Below are positions 16,731-28,430 of a stretch of 64,000 bases of DNA, in pieces. The stretch spans positions 6,944,001-7,008,000 of the forward strand of contig OZ024753.1 in the NCBI GenBank assembly GCA_964016885.1, in the 5' to 3' direction. Position numbers and translations under genes: made by a program. The notes below the pieces were generated by a model. It worked only from the letters and a program-made list of their open reading frames with translations. It searched no databases and was not told where the DNA came from. Source of the DNA: Eledone cirrhosa (lineage: Eukaryota). Within the stretch, counting starts at the first letter, position 1. Every line of letters starts with the position of its first letter.

Positions 16731-17945
16731 CATACATACATGAATTCATATATATATATATAAATGCATACATACAAGCATTCATAGATACGTACATACA
16801 CACATACATAAATTCATACATACATGCGTACATACATACATGCATACATACATACATGCATATATACATATATGCGTACATACACATATTCGTACGTATA
16901 TAGCAATTATGCCTCGGATTGGCAAATGATCTACAAATCAACAAACAGATTTAATTCGGGAAACACATCATCTGTTAACGAAAATATAGCATTAATAGCT
17001 ATTTACATCATATTCGAGACTGTTTTGCTAATGCCCTTGTTGCAGTAGTAGCCGTTATATTTCTCTTATTTTTTTTTGTTGTAAATGTATTGTTTGGTAG
17101 TTGCAGACGACATTTATCGTATTGGTTATTCTGGTCTTCTTGTTGACGATATTTAATGGCGAAGCAAGTTGTTGACTTTGAAGTTGTTTGAGGAATACGT
17201 TTTAATTTCTTTTTTCCTCTTTCCTGATATAATTTCTTGTATAATAGGTTAGAAAATCGCGTAAAATGCCCCCTAGATACGAGGCGGGGGGGGGGGGGGG
17301 GGGGGGCGGGGTATATCAAGCAGTATCTGTAGTTATTACTTACGTTTGGAATTTATATGTTGTTAATCATTTCGAATGACCCGATGCAAATATGTTTTTG
17401 CTGAATCGTTTTGTTGATTCTATTTATTGGAATATTATATTAATGGTTGGAAAATCCTTGAGAATATGTTGCAACAACAAGGTGGGTCTTTTGTATATGG
17501 CGTTGTATTAATGGAGACCATGTGTATCTAAACAACATTTTAAACAGTAAAATCTTCTAGAGTAAAATTGAATTGAAGATTTTTCGTAAAAAATTCCATA
17601 AAAGTTAGTGACATTTTAAAAGAGAAAATCAGAAGCAGAGACCACGATTGAGAAGGGAACATGGAGAGATTGACAGTAAAATGTTAACTAAATCTTCATG
17701 TCAATTTAAGCAACGTGCCCATCAGACATGCGTTATTTCATATGTAAATTAGTAGGTGTGTATGTATGCATACACACATACACACAAGCATACGTATATA
17801 CGTCCAAGCATACGTACATATATACATAACTACATCAATCAAGACATACATATATATATATATCCATCAATACATCCATCCATACACACAAATACATACA
17901 TAACTACTATCGATACATACATATATACATCCATACATACATATA

Positions 17946-18290
17946 TGATGGCTTCCCCCTCGTTATCGAGTATGGCCATTGCACGATATACCATTATTAA
18001 TAATTATTAATTAATTCTATCGTGCAATGCCTGTGCGTGAAGATATTTTTTAAAGCGAGGAAAGACTGTGCACGGAGCCAATCCCACTCTCTGAGCGACA
18101 GTAGCTATAACCCGAAAAGAAGAAAAGATCAACATCATCGGTAACTACTGAGCCGCAGGTTTTATATCAGAGTTATCCCAGTTTCCTGAGTTGCCTTCTC
18201 CTAGAAGAATGCCCTGACAAGGGCTAGGGGTCCTTCACTCCCAGTGGTTTAACCGTGAGATCGGGTGTCCAGCCCGACTATTTCTATGTC
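17946..18290 (+). mobile_element. Dispersed non-coding repeat (near-identical to 30264-30560)
   Basis: attaattaattctatcgtgcaatgcc...cccgactatttctatgtc is shared. Confidence 0.75.
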
Positions 18291-19231
18291 TCCGCGCATA
18301 TACATACACATGCACCCATGCATATACACATACATATGTACATACATATTTACACACTTTTGGATGGCCGTTGACTCTTATGAGTTCTTCCGCCCTTTGT
18401 CAGGTTTTGTTTTTTGTCCTACAGGGTGTCCAAAATCACCCTCCTCACCAAGTAAACTTAGTGTGGTTGCCGACTTAGTGGGGTTGCCGGTTTAGTCGCC
18501 AACGACCCGACCATGCGAGAGGTTGTACTGCAGTACATGTTACCAGTTGCACTCAAGAATGACCATGCATATATGCATCCATACATATACACATAACTAC
18601 AGCAATCCATCTATATGCATACATATATACATCCATACACATACCTACATCCATCCATACACACATATATACATCCATCAAAACATACATAAATCCATAC
18701 ACACATACCTATACCCATCCATACATACATATCTACATCCATATCCATCCATATATATATATATATATATATATATATCTATATACATATATATATACAT
18801 TAATTATACTGTTACCAAGAACGAAGCATTTAGAGTATATTCTGTGGCATATAAGAACGAGAGAACATCTTATTAAGAAGGAAGTGTGCATATTTAATTT
18901 CGGAATATTGAATCAATGTATAACAGTTAATCGTTCGAGAATATGTCACTGTATGTAATCCTTCTCATAAATCAATGGACCCACCGAAAATTTATTGCAT
19001 CGGAGTTCAAAGTTTCCCAATATAATAATGAAATTAATTTTAACTTATGGCTTGTTCGTTAGTATAGAATTTCGTATTAACGTGATTTGCTAAATGGATT
19101 TGCTCGTTACATTTTCCTCATATTTCGTGTATATGGCCGACTCAAGCCGTTTGTTTTTCACCTGTTCATATGAATAGACGGGGAACGTTGTATGTTGTAT
19201 ATAGAATTGTGCACTTTGCATCAGCATATGC

Positions 19232-19262
<31 letters not shown>

Positions 19263-19267
19263 GCATG

Positions 19268-19299
<32 letters not shown>

Positions 19300-19349
19300 T
19301 AAACAAATAATGAACAAACAATTCCTTATATTAAACAAAAAAAGTTCAC

Positions 19350-19494
19350 TATTTAACGATCGTTTCTAGGGTATATATGTGTTATAATTGGTATGCATAT
19401 TTAACAGATCTATGTACAAAATTATACAAAATTATACAAATTATCAAGATTAAATATACATACCTAACTCATATATACGCCGTCTTCAGAAATA
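19350..19494 (-). ncRNA. Type I hammerhead-like ribozyme, family B (minus arm)
   Basis: Reverse complement of 19500-19644. Confidence 0.6.
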
Positions 19495-19499
19495 TTTAT

Positions 19500-19644
19500 T
19501 ATTTCTGAAGACGGCGTATATATGAGTTAGGTATGTATATTTAATCTTGATAATTTGTATAATTTTGTATAATTTTGTACATAGATCTGTTAAATATGCA
19601 TACCAATTATAACACATATATACCCTAGAAACGATCGTTAAATA
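19500..19644 (+). ncRNA. Type I hammerhead-like ribozyme, family B, with ~116 nt stem II
   Basis: Stem I TATTT/AAATA; CTGAAGA; long hairpin; GAAA; palindromic stem III ACGATCGT; GUU site after 19639; base of stem II non-canonical. Confidence 0.6.
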
Positions 19645-20250
19645 GTGAACTTTTTTTGTTTAATATAAGGAATTGTTTGTTCATTATTTGTTTAATATTT
19701 TATCTTGACTCTGTATACCGTTTATCTTTCACCGAAATTGGATTTTCATTACATCTCTTCTTTCCATGATATCCGGAATACATTGAGTTCTTCATACGGA
19801 TTGGACACTACCGTAAACTCTTGGTAGATTTATCTACATATATATATATATATATATATATGTGCATGTATATGTATATATATATATGTGCATGTATATG
19901 TATATATATATGTGCATGTATATGTATATATATATGTGCATGTATATGTATATATATATATATATGTGCACATATATATATATATATATATATACATGCA
20001 CACATATATATATATGTGCATGTATATGTACATATATATATGTGCATGTACATGTATATGTATATATATATATGTGCATGTATATGTATATGTATATATA
20101 TATATGTGCATGTATATATATATATATATATATATGTGCATATATATATATATATATATGTATGTGCATATATATATATATATGTATATATGTGCATATA
20201 TATATATATATATATGTATTTATGTGCATATATATATATATATGTATATA

Positions 20251-20290
<40 letters not shown>

Positions 20291-20292
20291 TG

Positions 20293-20330
<38 letters not shown>

Positions 20331-20464
20331 TGTGTGTATATATATATATATATGAAAAAAGCTAACCTAGGAGAGAGTTTAACTCATAACGTAAAAGGCC
20401 ATAACTCTATGCTGCAAAACATGATGTCTGACGCTCTACCGCACAATAGCAACAAATAATGTTA

Positions 20465-20828
20465 AATGTTTCTACTTTAGGCACAAGGCCAGCAAGTTGA
20501 ACGGGAGCGGAAAGCCGATTAAATCGACCTCCCAGTGCATTACTGGTACTTCATTTATAGACCCAGTAAGGTGGAAAGGCAAAGTTAACCTCGGCGGGAT
20601 TTGAACTCAGAGCATAAAGGGCCGTAACTCTATGCTACAAAGCATGGCGCCTAACGCTCTACCGGTAATAATAATTGTTTCTACTTTTGGCACAAGGCCA
20701 GCAATTATTGGTACTTCATTTATCTACCCCGTAAGGATGAAAGGCAAAGTTAACCTCGGCAGGATTTGAGCTCAGACCGTAAAGGGACGTAACTATGCTG
20801 CAAAGCATGGCGTCCGAACCTCTACCGA
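20465..20828 (-). mobile_element. Two tandem tRNA-derived SINE copies
   Basis: B-box gagttcaaatcc and a Meta-domain-like gcctttcatccttacggggt.gataaa...gtacca on the minus strand. Confidence 0.8.
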
Positions 20829-20949
20829 TACAGAACAAGAAATATAACAATAATATAAAATACGTAAAGATGATAAAGGAAGAACATAAGTTAGCCTTGT
20901 GTATTTCAGATAGGAATATGGTTATGAGTATATGACAGAGGGGAAGTTT

Positions 20950-21695
20950 GGAGAGACTGAGACGGGGGAGAGAGAAAGGGCAGAGAGAGACTGATACGGG
21001 GGAGAGAGAGAGGGCAGAGAGAGACTGATACGAGGAAGAGAGACTGATACGGGGAAGAGAGACTGATACGGGGAAGAGAGAGAAGGCAGAGAGAGACTGA
21101 TACGGGAGAGAGAGAGACTGATACGGGAGAGAGAGAGACTGATACGGGAGAGAGAGAGACTGATACGGGAGAGAGAGAGACTGATACGGGGGAGAGAGAG
21201 ACTGATACGGGGGAGAGAGAGACTGATACGGGGGAGAGAGAGACTGATACGGGGGAGAGAGAGACTGATACGGGGGAGAGAGAGACTGATACGGGGGAGA
21301 GAGAGAGGGCAGAGAGAGACTGATACGGGGGAGAGAGAGAGGGCAAAGAGAGACTGATACGGGGGAGATAGAGAGGGCAGAGAGAGACTGATACGGAGGA
21401 TATAGAGAGGGCAGAGAGAGACTGAGACGGGGGAGATAGAGAGGGCAGAGAGAGACTGAGACGGGGGAGATAGAGAGGGCAGAGAGAGACTGATACGGGG
21501 GGAGAGAGACTGATACGGGGGAGAGAGAGAGGGCAGAGAGAGACTGAGACGGGGGAGAGAGATTGAGACGGGGGAGAGACTTGAGATTGGGGGAGAGACT
21601 GGAGACTGGGGAGAGAGAGAAGGCAGAGAGAGACTGAGACGGGGGGGAGAGAGAGAGAGAGGAAAGCGATAGAGATGGAGTGAGAATAAGAGACC

Positions 21696-21734
<39 letters not shown>

Positions 21735-21960
21735 AGAGAGAGAAAATAAGAGAGTGTGAGAAGGTGAGAGAATAAGAGACCGAGGGAGAGAGAGAGAGAG
21801 AGAATAAGAGATCGAGGTAGAGAGAGAGAGAATAAAAGATCGAGGGAGAGAGAGAGAGAATAAGAGATAGAGGGAGAGAGAGAGAGAATAAGAGATCGAG
21901 GGAGAGAGAGAGAGAGAGAATAAGAGATCGAGGGAGAGAGAGAGAGAGAGAGAGAGAATC
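20950..21960. repeat. GA-rich minisatellite (~21 bp gagagactgatacgggggaga) grading into (GA)n with aataagagatcgagg units
   Basis: Direct inspection. Confidence 0.9.
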
Positions 21961-22430
21961 AAATAAGATTTAAAAAAGAAAGTTGGGACAATGAAATACG
22001 TGAGTGAGGAAGATAATGACGGTAGATCATATATCACGGTGTTTGTGTACACAATGGGGTAGATTAGTAATACCAAACCCATTGATTTGGTTCTGTATGG
22101 AGAGTTCATTGCATCTGAATTTAAACGCCATCATGAAGTATTTGCAGCTTTCTCTCAGCACAACGTTCACAATCGATTACAGGACTCCGTTCCATTGTGA
22201 CATATACGATCGTTTTTCACCGAACGAGCAAGATCTGTTACCAACACAATCAATGCATCAATGTACATATTTTGTTTTTAGTGTTTCTTTCTTAATATTT
22301 ATTGTTTTATATATATTTTCTCTTTGCTATTTCGTATATATATATATATATTATATATATATATATATATTATATATATATATATATATACGATATTAAT
22401 AAATGGAAACTATATTTATAAAACCATATT

Positions 22431-22495
22431 TATTTCATTATACATATTTCAGGGATACCATATTAAATTATGGTATGCCTTCATCAGACAAAATA
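22431..22495 (-). ncRNA. Type I hammerhead ribozyme, family A (minus arm)
   Basis: Reverse complement of 22546-22610. Confidence 0.75.
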
Positions 22496-22545
22496 CAATA
22501 TATAACAGTTTTACAAATGGCTATTTATAAAACTGTTATATATGG

Positions 22546-22610
22546 TATTTTGTCTGATGAAGGCATACCATAATTTAATATGGTATCCCTGAAATATGTA
22601 TAATGAAATA
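22546..22610 (+). ncRNA. Type I hammerhead ribozyme, family A
   Basis: Stem I TATTTTGT/ATGAAATA; CTGATGA; stem II AGGCATACCATA/TATGGTATCCCT; GAAA; quasi-palindromic stem III ATATGTAT; AUA site after 22602. Confidence 0.75.
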
Positions 22611-22738
22611 AATATGGTTTTATAAATATAGTTTCCATTTATTAATATCGTATATCTACTCCAAAAACTTGTCGAGTGCTTTATATCAGTTATAAAAATA
22701 TTTACTCGTTGTATCCCAAAAACTTTAAATAGATCTTT

Positions 22739-22779
<41 letters not shown>

Positions 22780-22821
22780 ATAATAATAAATTTGAAGACT
22801 AAAATCCAAAGAGGGCTGGAT

Positions 22822-22874
22822 AAGTTTCAGAAGATCCCGTTAAGGGTGAAAGCAGCGATTCTTTGCTTAAACTT
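22822..22874 (+). ncRNA. Hammerhead-like motif with variant core CAGAAGA (family F)
   Basis: Stem I AAGTTT/AAACTT; stem II CCC-gttaa-GGG; GAAA; stem III AGCAG/TTGCT; CUU site. Confidence 0.5.
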
Positions 22875-22884
22875 TAATCTGTTA

Positions 22885-22927
<43 letters not shown>

Positions 22928-22929
<2 letters not shown>

Positions 22930-23010
22930 GTTAACCTTGGTCTTCCTCTTCTAGTGTGTCCATGTAGCGGCTCCCAAAGGAGACGCAGGACATGGCAGCG
23001 ATAATGAGGG
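22928..23010 (-). pseudogene. RTE LINE C-terminal fragment
   Basis: LLWEPLHGHTRRGRPRLTY. Confidence 0.55.
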
Positions 23011-23095
23011 ACAGAGACCGCCGGAGAGAACTCGTCCATGGATCTCGGGAATTTTACCCGCCTTAGATATATATATATATATATATATAATAAAT

Positions 23096-23958
23096 TAATC
23101 TGAGTTTTTCGAATACAGATAATAACATTCGATTCGTTTGCAATGATGCAAACGAGCCTCAACTTTAGAGCCATTTATCGCTCGTATACGGGAAACTAAC
23201 TGGCTAGTCTGCTGACATGCAAATCTGGATGATCAGTGGATCTGCTAATATGCAGATCTGACTGATCAGCCAGTCTGCTAATATGCAAATCAGGCCGATC
23301 AGTCGCTGTGTATTTTTGAAAATAGTATATATTTTCACTAGCTCCGACGGTTTGGCAGGTGGGCGGTACCCAGAAACATTAGTGTCTGCAGTTCTGTTCG
23401 CATGCCAACATAAGAGCAAGAATGAAGGGTTCATTCTACTGACATGGCCATAAAATTGAGGCTTGTTTGCATAATTGCAAACGAATCGAATTTTATTATT
23501 AATATTCGAAAAAGGGCGGTGGATAGGCGGTATCGGTAGAGGGTCGGACGCCATGCTTTGCAGCATAGAGTTACGACTCTTTATGATCTGAGCTCAAATC
23601 CTGCCGAGGTTAACTTTGCCTTTCATCCTTATGGGGGTCGATAAAATAAAGTACCAGTCACGCACCGGGGTCGACTTAATCGACTTTCCCCTCCCCCAAA
23701 TTACTGACATTGTGCCTATATAAGAAACCATTATTAATATTCGAAAAGACGGTGGATTGGCAATATGGGTAGAGGGTCGGACGCTATGCTTTGACGCATA
23801 GAGTTACGGCCCTTGCCATTCTGAGTTCAAATACCTTGGAAGATAACTTTGCCTTTCATCCTTACGGGGTCGATAAAATAAAGTACCAGTAATGCACTGG
23901 GTACTTGCTGGCCTTGTGCCAAAAGTTGAAACAATTAATATTCGAAAAACTCAGATTA
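23096..23958. mobile_element. MITE-like element with long imperfect TIRs; right TIR interrupted by two SINEs
   Basis: taatctgagtttttcgaata...ttcgattcgtttgcaat vs attgcaaacgaatcgaa...tattcgaaaaactcagatta; internal ~33 bp repeats containing ATGCAAAT. Confidence 0.65.
23513..23933 (+). mobile_element. Two tandem tRNA-derived SINEs
   Basis: A-box-like and B-box motifs plus Meta-like domain; attaatattcgaaaa occurs before, between and after the two copies. Confidence 0.85.
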
Positions 23959-24163
23959 CATTTATTGTATTTAGCCATGTAGAGCGAAATTTTCTTTATA
24001 TATATATATATATAATGACGATTTCCTCTGGAAGAAACAGTTCTAGTCCTGTAGAAGCAATTTCTACAATTAAAACGATTTAAAAACCAAAAAATTAAAT
24101 ATAACTTTTCAAAGGCTGTTCATCTTACTTGTTGAGAAGAAGACAGGGTCTAAAATGGAACCT

Positions 24164-24253
<90 letters not shown>

Positions 24254-24401
24254 CAGAGAGAGTTATAGTAGTAGTAGTAGTGTGTTTCACAGAACAAAAT
24301 TAATTTTAGGGAGAGGAAATTTGTCTGTATATATGTGCATATATATGTGTACATTTATATATATATATCTATATATGTATATCTATCTGTCTATCTATGT
24401 G

Positions 24402-24441
<40 letters not shown>

Positions 24442-24469
24442 TATCTATCTATCTATCTATGTATATCTA

Positions 24470-24720
24470 ACTGTAGGTTGAAGAAAAAGAGGAAGAGAGG
24501 AAAGGGGTACTCACTCTTCGTACTCCTGGAGATGAGGGTTGCACATTTTTTCGGGGGTATGTGTTACCCATATGTAATGTCTCCCCCTATTGGGGAAAAT
24601 CGATTAATTTTTAAATCGCATTTGTGATAGCATTTTACACGTTTTTATTGCATGTAAACTCCCCCCTTTGTATTTGTCCCCTTCTTTAGTGCCCCTCTGG
24701 CTAATAAAGAAACATATCTA
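24470..24720 (+). mobile_element. Tx1/L1-like LINE 3' UTR fragment
   Basis: Matches 44773-45015 (ctgtaggttga...ggctaataaagaaa); flanked by CTAT repeats. Confidence 0.75.
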
Positions 24721-25344
24721 TGTATATCTACCTATCTCTGTATATCTATCTATACAGATACATACACATATATGTGTGTGTGTGTGTGTGTGTGCATGTG
24801 TGCGTGTGTGTGTGTGTGTGTGTGCATGTGTGCGTGTGTGCGTGTGTATATATATTCAGTTTGTATTCACACATGTGTTGCCAATCGAATCAGAAACCGA
24901 ATGATAGATTTAATGCGTCATTACACAAGAATATTTGTGATGCCTTCTACACAAAGAATGGATATTCTATTGACGCAAATTCAAAATATTTCTCTGCCTG
25001 CTGTAGTATTAAGTTGAAAAAAAAACATACAATCATATCAGAGCTCACATATATGCTACCGATTAATGGAATATCGTTAATATCACATGGAAGACGATGT
25101 CATTGTAACACAACGTACACACACACACACAAACACACACACCTCAGTGTCTGTGTGTGTGTGTGTGTGTGTGGCTACGATTTGGTATGACCAAAAACAC
25201 ACATGTATATATAATTACATAAATATATATATATATATTTGTGTGTGTGTGCGTGCGTGCGTGTATATATGCATATATATACATATATATACATATATAT
25301 ATATATATTTGTGTGTCTGTGCATGCGTGTGTATGTGTGCGTGC

Positions 25345-25378
<34 letters not shown>

Positions 25379-25387
<9 letters not shown>

Positions 25388-25456
25388 TAAACAAATAATG
25401 AACAAACAATTCCTTATATTAAACAAAAAAAGTTCACTATTTAACGATCGTTTCTA
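25379..25456 (-). mobile_element. Family B fragment including the GAAA-stem III-cleavage region
   Basis: Identical to 19291-19368, with the same junction to (TA)n. Confidence 0.85.
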
Positions 25457-25457
25457 C

Positions 25458-25513
<56 letters not shown>

Positions 25514-25551
25514 TTGTGTGTGTGTGTACATGCGTGTGTATATATATGTGA

Positions 25552-25633
<82 letters not shown>

Positions 25634-25737
25634 GTGTGTGCATATATTTATATATAGATAATATATATATACATACACGTATGTGTGTGTGCGTTGTCTC
25701 TATGTATATATATATATATTATATATACATTATATAT

Positions 25738-25915
25738 TTGGCAGTATCAGTAGAGGGTCGGACCCCATGCTTTCCAGCATAGTTACGTCCCTTTACGATC
25801 TGAGTTCAAATCCCGCCGAGGTTGACTTTGCCTTTCATCCTTACGGGGTCGATAAAATAAAGTACCAGTAATGCACTGGGTAATTGCTGGCCTTGTGCCT
25901 AAAGTAGAAACAATT
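25738..25915 (+). mobile_element. tRNA-derived SINE
   Basis: A/B boxes and Meta-like domain. Confidence 0.85.
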
Positions 25916-25932
25916 ATATATATATATATATA

Positions 25933-26520
25933 TACGGGGGTAATCCCAAAAGCAAGGTCTCCAAGGCGATGAGGACGCAGAGAAACTGTTCGTACGGCTG
26001 TTGGCAAGACTGTTGTGATTGGTGCTTCCTTCACTCCTAAACAAACACGCGCGCGCCTCGCTGGGATGCTCAATCTTGGCTTAGGAGCCGTTTAGAATGG
26101 AGTTCCCGTTGAACGCTACCGCCAAGTGTGAATTTCGTGCAGTTATTATATACGAGGGCAATCCCAAAAGTAAGGGCTCCTTCCGAGGAAAACATGCGTA
26201 AAGATCGGCGGATAACTCTGGATGCTCTCTGCATTTTGGTTCCTGAGGTTTCCCGAAGCACCATACACAGGATTTTAACGGAAAAGTGGCAATATCGGAA
26301 GTTCCAATATCGGAAGGAGACATTACTTTTGGGATTGCCCCCGTATATATATTTTTGTGTGTTCGATTCGTTTCTAAACAAGCGGCCCGATATGAAGGTG
26401 TGCCGTGCCGGTGACCGATCGTCACCTGTTTGTTCAACACTGGCTTTGAGGAACAATCAACATGTTTCTGGGTCATTACCCTTCGCCAGGACTGTACACC
26501 ACGACCAGTCTGTTGACCGG
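25933..26520 (+). mobile_element. Mariner relic with a nested related non-autonomous element (26151-26345)
   Basis: TIRs TACGAGGGCAATCCCAAAAGTAA / TTACTTTTGGGATTGCCCCCGTA; internal DRRITLDALCILVPEVSRSTIHRIL resembles the mariner HTH region; outer TIR at 25933 and MEFPLNATAKCEFRAVI N-terminus. Confidence 0.7.
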
Positions 26521-26598
26521 TTCAAAATATATAGTATCGAACATTATTATCAATGTTCGATATAACCCATACGTACGTACGTATATGTAGATACGTGC

Positions 26599-26637
<39 letters not shown>

Positions 26638-26707
26638 CGTGTGCATACTTACATTTATGTATCAGCTGTGCTAGGGCGAGAAATACAATTCTAATTATAT
26701 ATATATA

Positions 26708-26913
26708 TAACGAAGGAAATGTGGTAAGGAACCAGGTGGACCATAACGCACAAAAGTACTCAATACTTAGGGTAGTAGAGTGGGTAATAGGAACAAGTAA
26801 GACCCCGACGGCTGAGCTCAAGCCGTTTCGACGGCTAATTCTGTACTCAATTAGTACAGAATTAGCCGTCGAAACGGCTTGAGCTCAGCCGTCGGGGTCT
26901 TACTTGTTCCTAT
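26708..26913 (-). mobile_element. Family C fold-back element with 3' half of a hammerhead
   Basis: Perfect arms 26787-26847 / 26853-26913; GAAAC GGCT..AGCC GTC gggg; tail 26708-26786. Confidence 0.85.
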
Positions 26914-26970
26914 ATATATATATATATCACATACAGCCACACACTTATATGTGAGTGTGCGTTTGTCTGT

Positions 26971-27003
<33 letters not shown>

Positions 27004-27059
27004 TAGATATATATATACTTTTATGCGAATGTGATTTGTGTGTGTGTGTGTGTATGTGT

Positions 27060-27099
<40 letters not shown>

Positions 27100-27102
<3 letters not shown>

Positions 27103-27172
27103 TATACTTTTATGTGAGTGTGCGTTTGTCTGTGTATATATACAGATATTCTTTTATGTGAGTGTGCGTTTG

Positions 27173-27220
<48 letters not shown>

Positions 27221-27345
27221 GATATACTTTTATGTGAGTGTGCGTTTGTCTGTGTATATATACAGATATACTTTTATGTGAGTGTGCGTTTGTCTGTGTA
27301 TATATACAGATATACTTTTATGTGAGTGTGCGTTTGTCTGTGTAT
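27100..27345. repeat. ~44 bp minisatellite (cagatatacttttatgtgagtgtgcgtttgtctgtgtatatata)
   Basis: About 5 units. Confidence 0.85.
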
Positions 27346-27861
27346 ATATATATATATATGTATGTATGTATGTATGTGATAGTGTGTCTATTTATATTTC
27401 CCTCTCCTACGGATATTTTTTAAAATATGTCTCCCACTCTTGAAGCCTATTCTTTGTGTCATAATTTCTCTCCTACCGATATATTTATAATTTTGACAAG
27501 GTTGAAATAATTTTGAAGAAAAGAAAGTGGCACACATTTTATAGTTGCTTTTTCCGAATTCATTCATGTCAACAATCGCAATTTCTCTGGAAATACCATT
27601 ATATCCTGTCACATTTTATGACTTTCATATTTTAATAATGAGATATGTTTAAGTCTTTTGAAATGGTCATTTCAATGTAAAACAGACAACATATGCAGTC
27701 GTCGTTGTAACATTCAATGGCTGATATTATCTATTCAGATTCACTGAAAAATACAGCAGTTTGAATAAGTGTGTGCTTAAGCATTTACAATATATACATA
27801 AACAATTATATATAAACAATATATACCCCACAAACATATAATCAGACACACGCGCAGCACA

Positions 27862-27913
<52 letters not shown>

Positions 27914-28042
27914 TGTGTGTGTGTGTGTGTATATTTAGAGAGATACACAGAATATATATATATATATATATATATGGATATATATATATATATGTGTGTG
28001 TGTATATTTAGAAAGATACACAGTATATATATGGATATATAT

Positions 28043-28085
<43 letters not shown>

Positions 28086-28226
28086 TGTGTGTGTGTATAT
28101 TTATAGAGATACACAGAATAGATATGTATATATGGATATATATGGAGATATATATAGATATATAGATATATATATATATGCATGTGTGTGTGTATATTTA
28201 GAGAGATACACAGAATAGACATATAT

Positions 28227-28275
<49 letters not shown>

Positions 28276-28385
28276 TGTGTGTGTGTATATTTAGAGAGAT
28301 ACACAGAATAGATATGTATAGCCAGATCCCTGATGATTTCTAAAGAATGAAACATTCTAGTCCTGTAGAATCTCGTCTATATTAA

Positions 28386-28430
<45 letters not shown>

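Larger units (their letters stand above)
19291..19838 (+). mobile_element. Family B fold-back element: 204 bp inverted arms plus ~135 bp tail, within (TA)n
   Basis: 19291-19494 is the reverse complement of 19500-19703, with a 5 nt loop. Confidence 0.9.
22386..22740 (+). mobile_element. Family A fold-back element (inverted arms ~22386-22655 plus tail) within (TA)n
   Basis: Near-perfect palindrome centred at about 22520; homologous to 49021-49430. Confidence 0.9.

Noticed and set aside
20950-21600. Regular repeats as a possible CRISPR array
   Set aside because: No unique spacers, no cas genes, eukaryotic context
20906-22109. SPVSVSL/PRISLSL repeat ORFs
   Set aside because: Translation of a GA-rich minisatellite
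23513-23933. tRNA genes at the A/B-box motifs
   Set aside because: These are heads of a multi-copy SINE, with no convincing full cloverleaf
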